64,000 nt of DNA, taken from contig OX337237.1 in NCBI GenBank assembly GCA_946965045.2, forward strand, positions 2,542,001 through 2,606,000. Reading direction: 5' to 3'. Both the position numbers and the translations under genes were made by a program. Under the pieces are notes generated by a model. That model saw only the letters and a program-made list of their open reading frames with translations. It did not search any database and was not told the origin of the DNA. The stretch comes from Epithemia pelagica. Taxonomy: Eukaryota > Protista > Bacillariophyta. Below, piece by piece: positions 39,703 through 52,282 of this stretch (positions within the stretch are counted from its first letter, which is position 1; every line of letters starts with the position of its first letter).

Positions 39703-40564
39703 AATGTACCACGCCAAAGTTTTCCTGCTAGCTACGGTAAGATAGAGTCACTTCACTTTTTCTAGCATATCACTCATTATTACCATAGAACGCACCTACT
39801 TGATTCGATGATTGCCCTTACCGTTCACTCCCACAGTCAGTGCACGGACTGCCATTGTGACTGTTACGTTCTTGGTGTCATGGTGTGTGTGTGTGTTTTG
39901 AGACTATTACATGCTGATGGGTAGGACTGGAACAGGTCGAGGCGTTGCACGCGTCCATCGTTGGAGAGACCAGGGAAGAGTCTTGTTTAGTGATCCAGCA
40001 ACGGAACAACACACGAATTCTGCGCTTGTTGATACTCGGATATCGTATCGGTGCTTTGAAGTTACTGTCCAAGTTACCTCATTGTCGGTTAAGCGGGAGG
40101 GTAAGTCGTGAGGTTTCGTGAACAAGCGCAGATTGATGTTACGAAGACACAAAAAGAGGCAGTCACGAAATCTCATGTCTGTCTAATTCCGCTAACAGCA
40201 GCAGCGTCAGCAGTCAGCAGCAGTCTCGATCCTCATAAAAGTCAACGTAAGGAAACACAAGCAGATGACACACAAAAAAGAGACCATATGAATGTCATTG
40301 ATTTCTCATCCCCTCATTTCGCTCTACCTAGAATAAAGCTACAGGACAATGCAAAATGGATGAAGGGGAACAATCCCCAAGACCCATTGGTCACAAGCAC
40401 GCCCATCATTGTGGCTCTCACCTCTAGAGCTCTCTCTAGAGTAGGTTCGACATGATAGAGCAAAAGACTAGAGCTACTTCTAAAACTAGGAGGGCTATGT
40501 GTCAGAGTTTGTCCATATATTTTTGTCCGCGCTTTTTTCGTCAACACAGAACCTTTTTTTGTTC

Positions 40565-41962
40565 ATGGCCATGATGATGATGATATCCATTGCCTATATT
40601 TGGAATACTCTGTATGCGACCGTATTGACGGGTCCGTATTTGATTTTGTTTTTTGGGACTTGGATTGCTGCCAGTTTGGCTCGTCCCCTGTTGCAATTGA
40701 CCTTGATCTCGGCCCTCGTGTTGCATCCTTGGTCGGCGTGGCGCAAGTTGCAACTCTTTCTCCATACCCTGGCCTTTCTTATTTGGAGCAAGGACAAGCG
40801 ATGGAAAACACCTCCTACCGATCCAGCCACCTTCTTTTCCGATTCCTCTGTCGTGGTGGACAAGAAGACGATTTTTTTTGTTCGTCATGGAGAAAGTACC
40901 TGGAACGATACCTTTAACAAGGGCACTCGCAAAACCTTGGCCTTTGCTCGAGGCTTTGTCCCTGGTTTACTCAAGGCGTTTGGTATGGAATGGTATTTTT
41001 GGGTCACGGGACAATCGACGGAATCCTGGTTTTACGATGCACCCTTGTCGCACAAGGGATTGACCCAGGCCGAATCCATTCAGGAGTACTTGTTGAAATC
41101 ACGGGCCAATTTGGAATTCATGCCTCTCAAGGAACAACAACTGGTACGGACCTTGTTGGGAGAAGACTACGAGGAGGATGACGACGCTACCAACAATCAC
41201 AACAACAAAACAATCAAGAGTTCCAAACCACCCAAAGGACAAGGAGGGGTACTTCGAAACAAGTCTCAATTGGTTTCCAGTACCTTGCGTCGGTCCATTT
41301 CCACCATGGCCGTCGCATTTTCCGATCGATTGAAGAAATCGAGTCGCCACGAAGAGGATAAGGATTCCAAGTCCGAGGCCACCACCACCAATGGAGGAGA
41401 AGTGCCGGCATTGGAATCGACCGATCATGGCTCCTCGACCGTGTCAGTTTCTTCTCCGGCAACGACGACGACAAAGACTAGTAACGTTGACTCGATTCTC
41501 TTGCTTCCGCAATTGCAAGAAATTTCCTTCAATCCCGATGCTCTGTGTATTACACCCGCCCATACACGCCCTACAACAGCCTTTACCGATCCTCGATCCA
41601 TTCAAAGCATTTATCAAACCCAAGTCAATGTCCAGCATCATACCGGCAATAAAAAGCTGTTTCAGTCCAATGGCTTGCATCGATTGCAATCCTTTTGTCA
41701 TGCCATGTTTGATGAAACTGTGATACCTGCATCCAAAACCAGTGTCATTTGTGGAGGACATTCCCTGTGGTTCCGATCCTTTTTTCGAACCTACTTGCCC
41801 TACTCGGTCCAACATGTCTCCAAAAAGAAAAAGTTGACCAATGGAGGTGTTGTGGCCTTTACACTGCAACGAACGAAAACGGAACCAACTACGGATGCAT
41901 GCCCCGAATATCACTACCTGATTGATCCCTCCAGTATTGTGGTGCTCCATGGAGGATTCTAA
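40565..41962 (+). CDS. Histidine phosphatase (phosphoglycerate-mutase-like) with N-terminal TM segments
   Basis: FFVRHGESTWN motif, SSTLRRSISTM, ICGGHSLWFR; hydrophobic N-terminus. Confidence 0.85.
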   Translation: MAMMMMISIAYIWNTLYATVLTGPYLILFFGTWIAASLARPLLQLTLISALVLHPWSAWRKLQLFLHTLAFLIWSKDKRWKTPPTDPATFFSDSSVVVDKKTIFFVRHGESTWNDTFNKGTRKTLAFARGFVPGLLKAFGMEWYFWVTGQSTESWFYDAPLSHKGLTQAESIQEYLLKSRANLEFMPLKEQQLVRTLLGEDYEEDDDATNNHNNKTIKSSKPPKGQGGVLRNKSQLVSSTLRRSISTMAVAFSDRLKKSSRHEEDKDSKSEATTTNGGEVPALESTDHGSSTVSVSSPATTTTKTSNVDSILLLPQLQEISFNPDALCITPAHTRPTTAFTDPRSIQSIYQTQVNVQHHTGNKKLFQSNGLHRLQSFCHAMFDETVIPASKTSVICGGHSLWFRSFFRTYLPYSVQHVSKKKKLTNGGVVAFTLQRTKTEPTTDACPEYHYLIDPSSIVVLHGGF

Positions 41963-42222
41963 TAGGAGAACGGCGTGGAAGAGCCAGTGTTTGTATGTAT
42001 CTGAGAGAACCGCCATTGTACAGAGGGGCATAGGGAATCTTTTGAAAACACCACATACGAGAGGGTGCATGGTTGCCATCCTTAGAGTCGAAGCCGCGAA
42101 CAAACAAAATTGACACACTAAAGAAGTGATGGTCTGTTTGGGAATCACTGGTTCTACCCAAAAACGTCTTGTATGGAATTATTTTTTCATCATAGAAAGA
42201 GTACTGTTCCTCTAATACTGTG

Positions 42223-45102
42223 TTAATTGGACTGGAATCGACTCATGAGTGCACTGAGCGCCATGGCGCCGTCTTTTTGGAAGGTGGGAGCTTCGTCACT
42301 GGTTCCGTCAGACTCCTTGCTCTTCCGTCGAGTTTTTTGTTTCATCTTTTTGCTGGATGACTTGCTCGTAGAACTAGGTAAATTTTTTGGCGTATCCTTT
42401 GGAGTTGATTCATCCATACCTGAGGATTGTTGGATCCCGTTTTGACTCGGTTTGTCTGCACGAGGTTCCTCGGCTTGTGTATCCATGTCAGTTGTCGTCG
42501 GTTTCGGTCGCTTTGATCGTTGCCGATCTCTCCGCCGTCGTTTCGTTTGCTCGGCCAGTACCTCTTGCATTGCAGGCGTATCCTGGAACTGTGGATTGGT
42601 CCGATCGATTCCAAAGCGATCATCCTGTCCGTCCAAGACGGCCCGGAATCGATTATCGGTCAAATCCATGCGGAAATCTGTACCCGTTACCGTGGAGGCC
42701 AATTCCGCCTCTTTACGTTTCCGTGCACCACGAAGTTTCTTATCCTTGTTCTTTTCAATGCGCTGCAAACCACGCATATCGTAATCGCGATGGACTTCAT
42801 CCTGATCATCCCCTGCCACCAACAATTCCAATTCTTCGGTTCGTAGTTTGCCGCGTTTTGTGCTCTTATTCTCATCTAATGACATCTCCACTGTATCGTC
42901 ATTGCCATCCTCCAGCATCTCGCTCCTGTTTCGGTCCTTGCCACCCCGTCGCATGCGATTAATCTCTTCTCTTTTTGCCTTGGCTTCTTTCTTCTTTTCT
43001 TTTTTCTTTTCTTTTCGCCTTTCTTGATACTTTTCCCATGGAGTAAGGCTCTGAGACTTTGGTGAAACAACTTTGGAACGAATCTTATCCGCCATTTCCT
43101 TGGAACCAGGTATATACCGTACTTGCTTTCCATCTTCCTCGTCGTCCTCATCCCTCTTGTCATCATTATTATGAGCGGCCGCCCTTTCAAAGTCATTGGA
43201 TGCCTCAGACGATTGGTCATTTTCGTCATCGTCTTCAACCAAGAAGTCATTGCCTCCCTCGTCCCCGTCAGATTCACTACCACCGCCGCCGTCGCCCTCT
43301 CCCTTGTCGAGACCAAGCATTTGCCGCATGAGAGAAGCCTTGCTCTTGCTATTAGTCGTGCCTTTGTGGTTTTCGTCTTCATTATCACTGTTGGACAAGT
43401 TGTCGTCTTCATCGGCTGCGTTGTCATCACTCGATACATCGGAAGCCAAATAGGCTTTCAGGTCATCATTCTCTGACATGGCTTTCCAATCTTGACCAGA
43501 AGAACCATACTTCGTCAAGGCACGATCTCGATCCGTATCACCAGCTTCCCATGTACATTTGACATTGGTTTGTTGCAGGGCATTTATCACAAAGTCGGGA
43601 GGTTTATAATCGCTTGGCAAACTCGTGGCTTGATCACGCAAGGGTCGTTGATCAATCACCGATTCGAGTTCGGTTGGAGGAATTGCTCGAACATCAATTG
43701 TGGCACTGGAATTTTCCAATTCCATCCCATCCACTTCTCGATAGGCCACATCGGCATGAGACTCGGTGGTAAAGTACACAATGGCAAAGTAATATTTGAG
43801 ACGAGAGGCTTCGTAGGCACGCAATTTTTCTGGATCAAAATCCGACTCAACATGGTCCTCCTGTGGAAGAAAATCATCCAATGGTCTATCTTCGACGTTG
43901 ACAGAGTCTTCTTCGATATCCTGTTGCTCTTCCTCTTCATCACCATGATCATCCTCGTCACCACTGTCCATTCCTTCGTCATCCTCGTCTCTAGAAAAGT
44001 TCATTTGTTCTGTCGCAGAGGGTTCCTGGGTTTTGTTCTTTTTCTTTTTCCACAAGTTGGAGGGTCCAAATTGATCTTCCTGGGCAATGCGTTCCATTCC
44101 AAAATCACTGGGGTACACTTCCACCTTTTCGACGGCACCTGGATCCACAAAGCTGGACACCACGGCCCAAATATCGACCGCTCGTACATGGGACCAATCC
44201 ATATTGAGGACCGCCAAATAACGCGACGGCTCCATGGTCAACTCCTCATGAGGAGGAGGTGGAGCAATGGTATCACTGTTTTCCTGATGATACGAAGGAT
44301 CCAATATACCAGCCTTGCCCAAGACGTCACCACCCTCACTGTCGTCCGAATCGTCATTTTCCGAATCCTCGTCATCCACATTGTCTAGTTCATCGTCGTC
44401 TTCGGAGGACGAAGATGATACATCTAACTCTCCCCTTGAAAGAGCAGTCAGATAGGCAATACGAGACATTGGATCTTGGTCTTTTGCCTTCTCAATATTA
44501 TCCTCGCCTCCCTCTGAACTGTCATCCTCACTCTCATGTGAACTCTTTTCCAAGGTATGATGGTCGCTGTTGATTGGATCCTTTGTCTTGATACCTGTTT
44601 GTTGGTCATCCTTATCCTTGTCGTCCTCCTCCTCTTCTTCTTTGACGGTGTAAAAGGCACTCAATTGTTCTCTACTAACATCTACAGTTCCATTTTCGTC
44701 TTTAGCGGCTCCCTTTTTCTTGTGTTTTCGGTCGGAACGACCATATCGATCGCGAATGTCGAGCTGAAATCGTGGATCTGTCAAGAGTGAGGAAAACCGC
44801 TCATCCAAAACCACCTTGGAAGTATTCGATGATTGTTGTTTGCTCTTGCTGCTGGTACTCGATGATAATCCTCGAAATTGGGGCTTGTTGCGCGTATCAA
44901 AGCGATCTTCTTCCGGTTCCTTGTGCGATTCCGGTGGATCATTCTCCACCCTGTCTCCTCCACGTTCCACACCATCTTTGTCTGTCTTGGTTACTTCGTC
45001 CTTCCTCCTGGACGCATCCTTGGTCTTTGGTTTCTTGGTTTTCTTTTTCTTCTTCTTCTTTACGTCGTCTGTTGGGGAGAGTGGCGTCAATGGTGGCGAC
45101 AT
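42223..45102 (-). CDS. ESF1: Pre-rRNA processing protein ESF1
   Basis: LDERFSSLLTDPRF, LAVLNMDWSHVRAVD, EKLRAYEASRLKYYFAIV, NUC153-like DNRFRAV...FGIDRTNPQF. Confidence 0.92.
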   Translation of the reverse strand: MSPPLTPLSPTDDVKKKKKKKTKKPKTKDASRRKDEVTKTDKDGVERGGDRVENDPPESHKEPEEDRFDTRNKPQFRGLSSSTSSKSKQQSSNTSKVVLDERFSSLLTDPRFQLDIRDRYGRSDRKHKKKGAAKDENGTVDVSREQLSAFYTVKEEEEEDDKDKDDQQTGIKTKDPINSDHHTLEKSSHESEDDSSEGGEDNIEKAKDQDPMSRIAYLTALSRGELDVSSSSSEDDDELDNVDDEDSENDDSDDSEGGDVLGKAGILDPSYHQENSDTIAPPPPHEELTMEPSRYLAVLNMDWSHVRAVDIWAVVSSFVDPGAVEKVEVYPSDFGMERIAQEDQFGPSNLWKKKKNKTQEPSATEQMNFSRDEDDEGMDSGDEDDHGDEEEEQQDIEEDSVNVEDRPLDDFLPQEDHVESDFDPEKLRAYEASRLKYYFAIVYFTTESHADVAYREVDGMELENSSATIDVRAIPPTELESVIDQRPLRDQATSLPSDYKPPDFVINALQQTNVKCTWEAGDTDRDRALTKYGSSGQDWKAMSENDDLKAYLASDVSSDDNAADEDDNLSNSDNEDENHKGTTNSKSKASLMRQMLGLDKGEGDGGGGSESDGDEGGNDFLVEDDDENDQSSEASNDFERAAAHNNDDKRDEDDEEDGKQVRYIPGSKEMADKIRSKVVSPKSQSLTPWEKYQERRKEKKKEKKKEAKAKREEINRMRRGGKDRNRSEMLEDGNDDTVEMSLDENKSTKRGKLRTEELELLVAGDDQDEVHRDYDMRGLQRIEKNKDKKLRGARKRKEAELASTVTGTDFRMDLTDNRFRAVLDGQDDRFGIDRTNPQFQDTPAMQEVLAEQTKRRRRDRQRSKRPKPTTTDMDTQAEEPRADKPSQNGIQQSSGMDESTPKDTPKNLPSSTSKSSSKKMKQKTRRKSKESDGTSDEAPTFQKDGAMALSALMSRFQSN

Positions 45103-45758
45103 GGTGATCCTGTTGTGAAAACAAACAAAAAAGTGTGGGAAAAAACGCGAAAAATACGTGGACGCGGAACAGGCGAAAGGAAGCCACAGACAGACGTCAT
45201 GGAATAAAATCGCGACTGATTTCAGATGATCAGTCCCGATACCCGGATCCCGGATGAAAGATTCTTGCTGGGAAATGAGAAATGAGCAATTTTATTGTAG
45301 ACATTATTGCACAAAAATTCCATGAGAGTACTATATTTATCATCATGACTACTTTTCCCAACAGATTTTCAGGGCTGATATTCAGTTGGTCAAATATTGA
45401 TTCTGAATGGGACTACGTCAAAGTGGTTGGGCTAATTAATAATAATGCAGGAAGTGGGTCTGAAGTCCGTCCTTTGTTGTTTACCAGTAGGGCGTTGGGC
45501 GCGTGAAGCATCCCCCAATTCGGTCTGTGAGCAGTTTTGCAGATTTGCGTGATGGTGGATGGTGGGTGGTGGGTGGTGGGTTTGTTATTATTATGTTTTG
45601 CTATAGAACTCATCGTAAATGATATACTCGTATATGAAGTAGCTAGCTCACTACTGTCGTCACGATGCTCCTTTCATCTTTGATGTGTTCATTGTTCATG
45701 GAGTCAGAAACAAGCGCGATTGTCCGAAATCATCTGAAGTCCTTCCGGTCATAATGAT

Positions 45759-47475
45759 ATGTCCAGCTGGACTGCATATTATTTGCGTGGGAACTTCGTC
45801 GCGGTACCAGCTGAGACTCAAAACCACAATCGAAAAAAACGACGACTAGATGTCCACGAGCTTTCGTTGCTTTTCAGTGGAGTAACCATGGACCAAGAAG
45901 CAGGGCGGGAACCCGATGAAGGCTGGAATCCAGAGAATTTGGCCAACGCGGGTGTCTTTAGACCTAAAGAAGGAAGTGTTTCTATGAATTTCCCGCAACG
46001 AGTAAGTGTGAATGGATACGTTATCTCACTGAACAAAATAGAAACCTCGTCATCTAAACCAAGGAGTCCTTTCCACATTCTGTTATTTGTTTTAGCTCAT
46101 GAAATTGTTGGATGCGGAAACCTACCAAGATGTCATCTCATGGGACAAAGGAGACATGTTCAAGATACATGAGAGATCAAAGTTTATCAATACGGTGTAT
46201 CCACTCTTTTTCCCTCGATCGTCACCTTCCAAACTTGTTTTTGCATCCGCTGCGCACAGACTCCGCAATTGGGGCTTCCAACGAGTACGAAAAGGTCTCG
46301 ATGCAGGAGCCTACTTTCACCCACTGTTCAAGAGAAATTGTCCACATTTGCTCCAAAAAATGAAATGGAAACCAGCCCAATCAAAGGTACATGCTAAACA
46401 AGAGTCGAAGAGCAGAGCTGTGGGACACCAACGGGGTCCGGTGGAACAACGCAGACCAACTACTAGCGTTACAAAACAAAGAGAAAAATTGACAAGCATT
46501 GGTCGACTAGGTCCCACGTCCCTGGCGGCTGGACAAATTGAAAAGAAAGCCTCCATGGATTTCAAGACGACCATGTCCCGCAAAGAGCAAGAAGTACAAC
46601 CAGAGAAGTCTTCTGTCGATAATTCTCTTCCCCTTAAAGGATCGAGGATGGCATCCCAGGTCGCTTCGACAGAAGAAGCCCTCCCAGCAACGACAGCGTT
46701 AACTCCAGTTCCACAGTTGTTGTCCTCGCCACCCTCATGCCATGCTCTTCCATTGCAAAGCTCCTCCCATCATGTAGCTCCATCTATGGCTGCTGAATCA
46801 GTACCTGTAATTTCTTCAATTGGGACCGCAGTGTCTCCCTTGGCTGTGGTGCAAGAACTTTTGATTCAGGAGAATCGGAGATTGAAGTCCCAATTACTAC
46901 TAGGACAGTCAATGCACACACCTGTTACCACGAGCACTCCTTTCTCTCAATACCTCCAGATGCAGCGCCGCCTTCAACAGGAACTCCATTCCAGAACTCC
47001 CGAGTCTCTTACCAGCACCACTCTCCAACCGCAGACTACTACTACTTCTAGAACACCAGCAGCACTCGTGCTGACCGAAACAACGACAGCAGCTCCTCGA
47101 GACCAGTATCGAGTCATCGCTTCTAGTGCTGGAGATAGACTACATGTACCGGGGCAGTTGCCCGCATCCACTGTCTGTGTTCCCAATTGCAGTAGCACCA
47201 TACACTCGGAACATAGTAGTATCCACACGACGGGGTCACAAGATTCAACACTCGGTGCAGCACAACAACAACACCATGCCGGCTTTTCAGCCGGTGGACA
47301 AGCCGTAACATTTGTCACACTTCCGCCCAACTACCCAGGTAGCCCATTATTCCACTTGAATGAAACAAGCTTGGCCAGCACGGGAGGGTTGATTCTTTCT
47401 GGTCGTCCACCACTTCAAACCAACGAGTCGTTGTTATCTCAAACGGGGAAAATGCCAACCTTTCGTTTTATATAA
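45759..47475 (+). CDS. Heat-shock-factor-type transcription factor, 2 exons (45759-46001, 46096-47475)
   Basis: Spliced FPQR|LMKLLD, then ISWDKGDMFKIH, LRNWGFQRV...AYFHPLFKRNCPHLLQKM; the start may instead be ATG 45888. Confidence 0.85.
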
Positions 47476-47935
47476 TGACAATCAAGTGCTCCAAGCAGCA
47501 CCACGCTTCGGTACCAACAGTACAACAACTGGGTTTCTGCCGATAGTTCCATATGTTCTAGAACAAGAAACAAGAACAAAACCATTACTCCTATGCTTCC
47601 CTTCCTCTATTACTGCTACCGTAGCTAGGAGCATTTATATTGTGCGACTCGAAGTGCGTATCGATCCATTCTTTATTTGGGGGCTTCATTTGTGATCTTG
47701 CTTCATCTACCCCCAAAATGAAACGAGAACCCGCGAGACGAACGCACGTCCATTTATTTTTCATCTGTTTCGCTTCACCCATGACGAGCGAGACGAGAAC
47801 CGTCGGTTGCATTCTGCCACAATTGAAAGAGGGAAGCAAGAGACTCTCGTGTGACATTGACTTGCACTGAAAGAAAGGGCGTGAAGAGCTTGCATTCGAA
47901 AAGTTGGAACATTCGAACTGGAGGAGAAGAACACA

Positions 47936-50266
47936 ATGCAAGGGTTTCGACGCAACTCGGTGCCCAACAGCAACTCGCTCAAGGCCAATGCAGCGACCTT
48001 GCGAGGATTGCGGTCGTCTCTGTTTGCCTACAGTCTCCCCGTTCCACCAGACACCGCGACAGGCGGTGGTATTGGTGGTGTAGAGGCTTTTGATGGCAGC
48101 AAGTATCGAGAAGTGACGTCGAGTGCATTGCAAGAACGACTGCAAGAGGTGTTGGTCTTGGAAATCCTCAAGGATGGGGGACGAAACTATTTGAATTTGT
48201 CCGTTCGGAGCCTGTATCAACACGTGCTTGCCGCCATTACCAATCCTCCCACGGTTCCTTTACCAGCCGTCAATGAAGATCAACGCGGTGAAGAACGAAG
48301 TAGCACCATCACCACCCCAAACGTCGAAGACAATACGACGAACGGCAATCCTCCTCCGTCTTCCAATTCAGCTTCTCCCGGTCTCAAGTCTCCTGTATTG
48401 AGTTCCAGCACTTACATTGATGGAACCAAACCTATAGTAGAGCCGCTATTGGAGCCACTTCCTCCTCCGCCGGCTGAAGTCTTACAAGACACAACCACCG
48501 AAGTCCGAGCAACAGCCATATCACCACCGTCTTGCGATCTTCCTCCTCCACCTCCTTTGGTCACAGATCGAGTATCACATATTGCTCCGACATCGCAAGA
48601 TGTGATACCGACAGCTAATGGAATGGCAGAACCACATCCAAGATATTCTCCACCGAAACATGTCTCACTTCCACCTCGACCATCGTCGTCTTCTTTGACT
48701 CCTGAAAATGCGGGGCATTCCGAAAGAGAGGAAATGGAAATTTCCTTCCAACCCTCAACACAACACGAACACGAGGCTGCTTCTAATCCCTTTTATTCTC
48801 CTCATCCTCAAAAAATTCTTCGCTCTTCCTTGAAACGCCTTCAGCCTCAGGTTGTAAACTCGTTTGTTCGCAACAAGTCAGTGGGACGAGCCGCAGAAGA
48901 GACTGCTGCAGCCGTGGTTACGGGTCAAGCTGGAGGTGTAACCTATCGAGAACGTTTGGGAGCGTACTTGCATCCTCGTGACATGCGCAAACTGGTAACC
49001 CCGCTCTCTTCGTCCAATGAACCGGATTTGATTGTTCGGCGACACGTCATGTTACTCAACTATGATCCTCTGCGGACCATTATTTTACGTGACCGTTTGT
49101 TAGTCCTTGTTCCGGATGGAGCAGATTCCATATTGTCTGATCTTGAACGAAGAGTGCGGTGGGGAAGCAAAGAAAATGTCATTTTTGGAAAAGATGACTT
49201 GGCAGGAACGACAAAGCACAAGACACTATTGGGACGTGTCAAAAAGACTGCGCATCGCATCAGTGGAAAATCGGACCGCAACATGAGCAACGGTGGTGGA
49301 GCTTCCGATGACGAAGATCGGAGATCTCAACATGGTGCTATTCCAAGAAACTTTTCTGCCTGTCGTCTTGCTGGTCGAGATGTGTTGAGCAATTCCGAAC
49401 AACCGGTAGGGGCTGGTCGCCAGGGACAGGGTGTTGATCTTGTAGTAGACAATGTTCCTACGAGTGCACCCAAAGGGGAAGACGACGGGGAGACGTTCTC
49501 ACTGCATGCATCGGATGAGTGGGCAGATTTGACGGGACGAGAATGGATCAAACTTCCTTTTGAATTACAATGCACAGATGCAGTTTTGCAGACGGTCGTG
49601 GAGCTTTTATCGAAAGAAACATTAGAATTGGAACAGGCCACAGCCGCCTACATTGATGAGATCATTAATCGAAGTGGTGGTGTCTATGCCAAGGAGGATC
49701 CACTGACCATTATACGAGCAATCAAAGATTCCGTTCGGGAAATGGCAGCTCGTAACAAGGGTTTTGTGCAGTCGATGAATAGGGTATTGGACGATTATGA
49801 AGATATGGCTCTAATGAACCTGTCCCGTCTTTTGACACATCCAGAGTTGTTCATTCAACCTGTACCTGCGGAAGTCTTGGAAGAAGAATCGGATGAACCT
49901 GAACTCATTCTCGAGTCGTTCTTGCAGCAGGGCTTGTCACTCGTCAATGCCATGGGATTGATTGAAGGACAGATCAATACGGCAGCCGAATTAGTGGATC
50001 AAAAGCTGGATGCCGCCCGAAACAAAATTCTCCTGGCCAACACTGTCATTACAACGATTGCTCTCTGTGTGGATTGTGCCATGGTCGTTAGTAGCATGTT
50101 TGGAATGAATTTGACGAATCATCTAGAAGATTCGGACTCGGCATTCATCAAAGTCACTTTTTGGACTTTGGCTGGAAGTGTCCTGTTGTTTTTCTTCACA
50201 ATGTTTGTCATGGATCGAACCGGGGCTCTACCCAGTTGGGGTAGCTTTAGTGGAAGCGGGTTCTGA
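47936..50266 (+). CDS. MRS2/CorA-type Mg2+ transporter
   Basis: LHPRDMRKL, LIVRRHVMLLNYDPLRTII, LPFEL, LDAARNKIL, MFGMNL plus two C-terminal TM helices. Confidence 0.92.
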   Translation: MQGFRRNSVPNSNSLKANAATLRGLRSSLFAYSLPVPPDTATGGGIGGVEAFDGSKYREVTSSALQERLQEVLVLEILKDGGRNYLNLSVRSLYQHVLAAITNPPTVPLPAVNEDQRGEERSSTITTPNVEDNTTNGNPPPSSNSASPGLKSPVLSSSTYIDGTKPIVEPLLEPLPPPPAEVLQDTTTEVRATAISPPSCDLPPPPPLVTDRVSHIAPTSQDVIPTANGMAEPHPRYSPPKHVSLPPRPSSSSLTPENAGHSEREEMEISFQPSTQHEHEAASNPFYSPHPQKILRSSLKRLQPQVVNSFVRNKSVGRAAEETAAAVVTGQAGGVTYRERLGAYLHPRDMRKLVTPLSSSNEPDLIVRRHVMLLNYDPLRTIILRDRLLVLVPDGADSILSDLERRVRWGSKENVIFGKDDLAGTTKHKTLLGRVKKTAHRISGKSDRNMSNGGGASDDEDRRSQHGAIPRNFSACRLAGRDVLSNSEQPVGAGRQGQGVDLVVDNVPTSAPKGEDDGETFSLHASDEWADLTGREWIKLPFELQCTDAVLQTVVELLSKETLELEQATAAYIDEIINRSGGVYAKEDPLTIIRAIKDSVREMAARNKGFVQSMNRVLDDYEDMALMNLSRLLTHPELFIQPVPAEVLEEESDEPELILESFLQQGLSLVNAMGLIEGQINTAAELVDQKLDAARNKILLANTVITTIALCVDCAMVVSSMFGMNLTNHLEDSDSAFIKVTFWTLAGSVLLFFFTMFVMDRTGALPSWGSFSGSGF

Positions 50267-50736
50267 TTCATGAAAGATAAGAAACACCGTCGAGAGCCAT
50301 TTGATTGAATCTTGAGTTTTCGTGTTTCTTGGAAAGACATTGTTCCAACCTTGATCTTATCCGCCACATCACTCGCCAAAGCAACGTCACGACAAAAGGC
50401 ACCAACTTGAATCTTCTTCCTGCGGTGAGAGTAGAAGGAGTGTTGACTCACTTACGTGTCCCTCTGCGTCGGGCGGTAACGCTGTGTTGGTTTGAGGTCA
50501 GCAAGACAACACGGTTACATGAACTATTCCAGTATGACATCTATCATAGGACTCTCTGGGAACGAATATTTGAATCTAGAAGATAGAGTTACGAGGTCCA
50601 AATCGCGCTCTTACTGTACGAACGACCAGAATCTAGTTTTAAAGAACCTCAGACTTGTCGATATCGTTTATTGGACAACAAAATCCATCAAACATAAACA
50701 GGCGGTCTCTGTTCTTCAAGGATCAGGGTTCTCAAG

Positions 50737-52247
<1,511 letters not shown>

Positions 52248-52282
52248 TCAGAATATTTGACTTGTATGCTATCATTGTTTGA

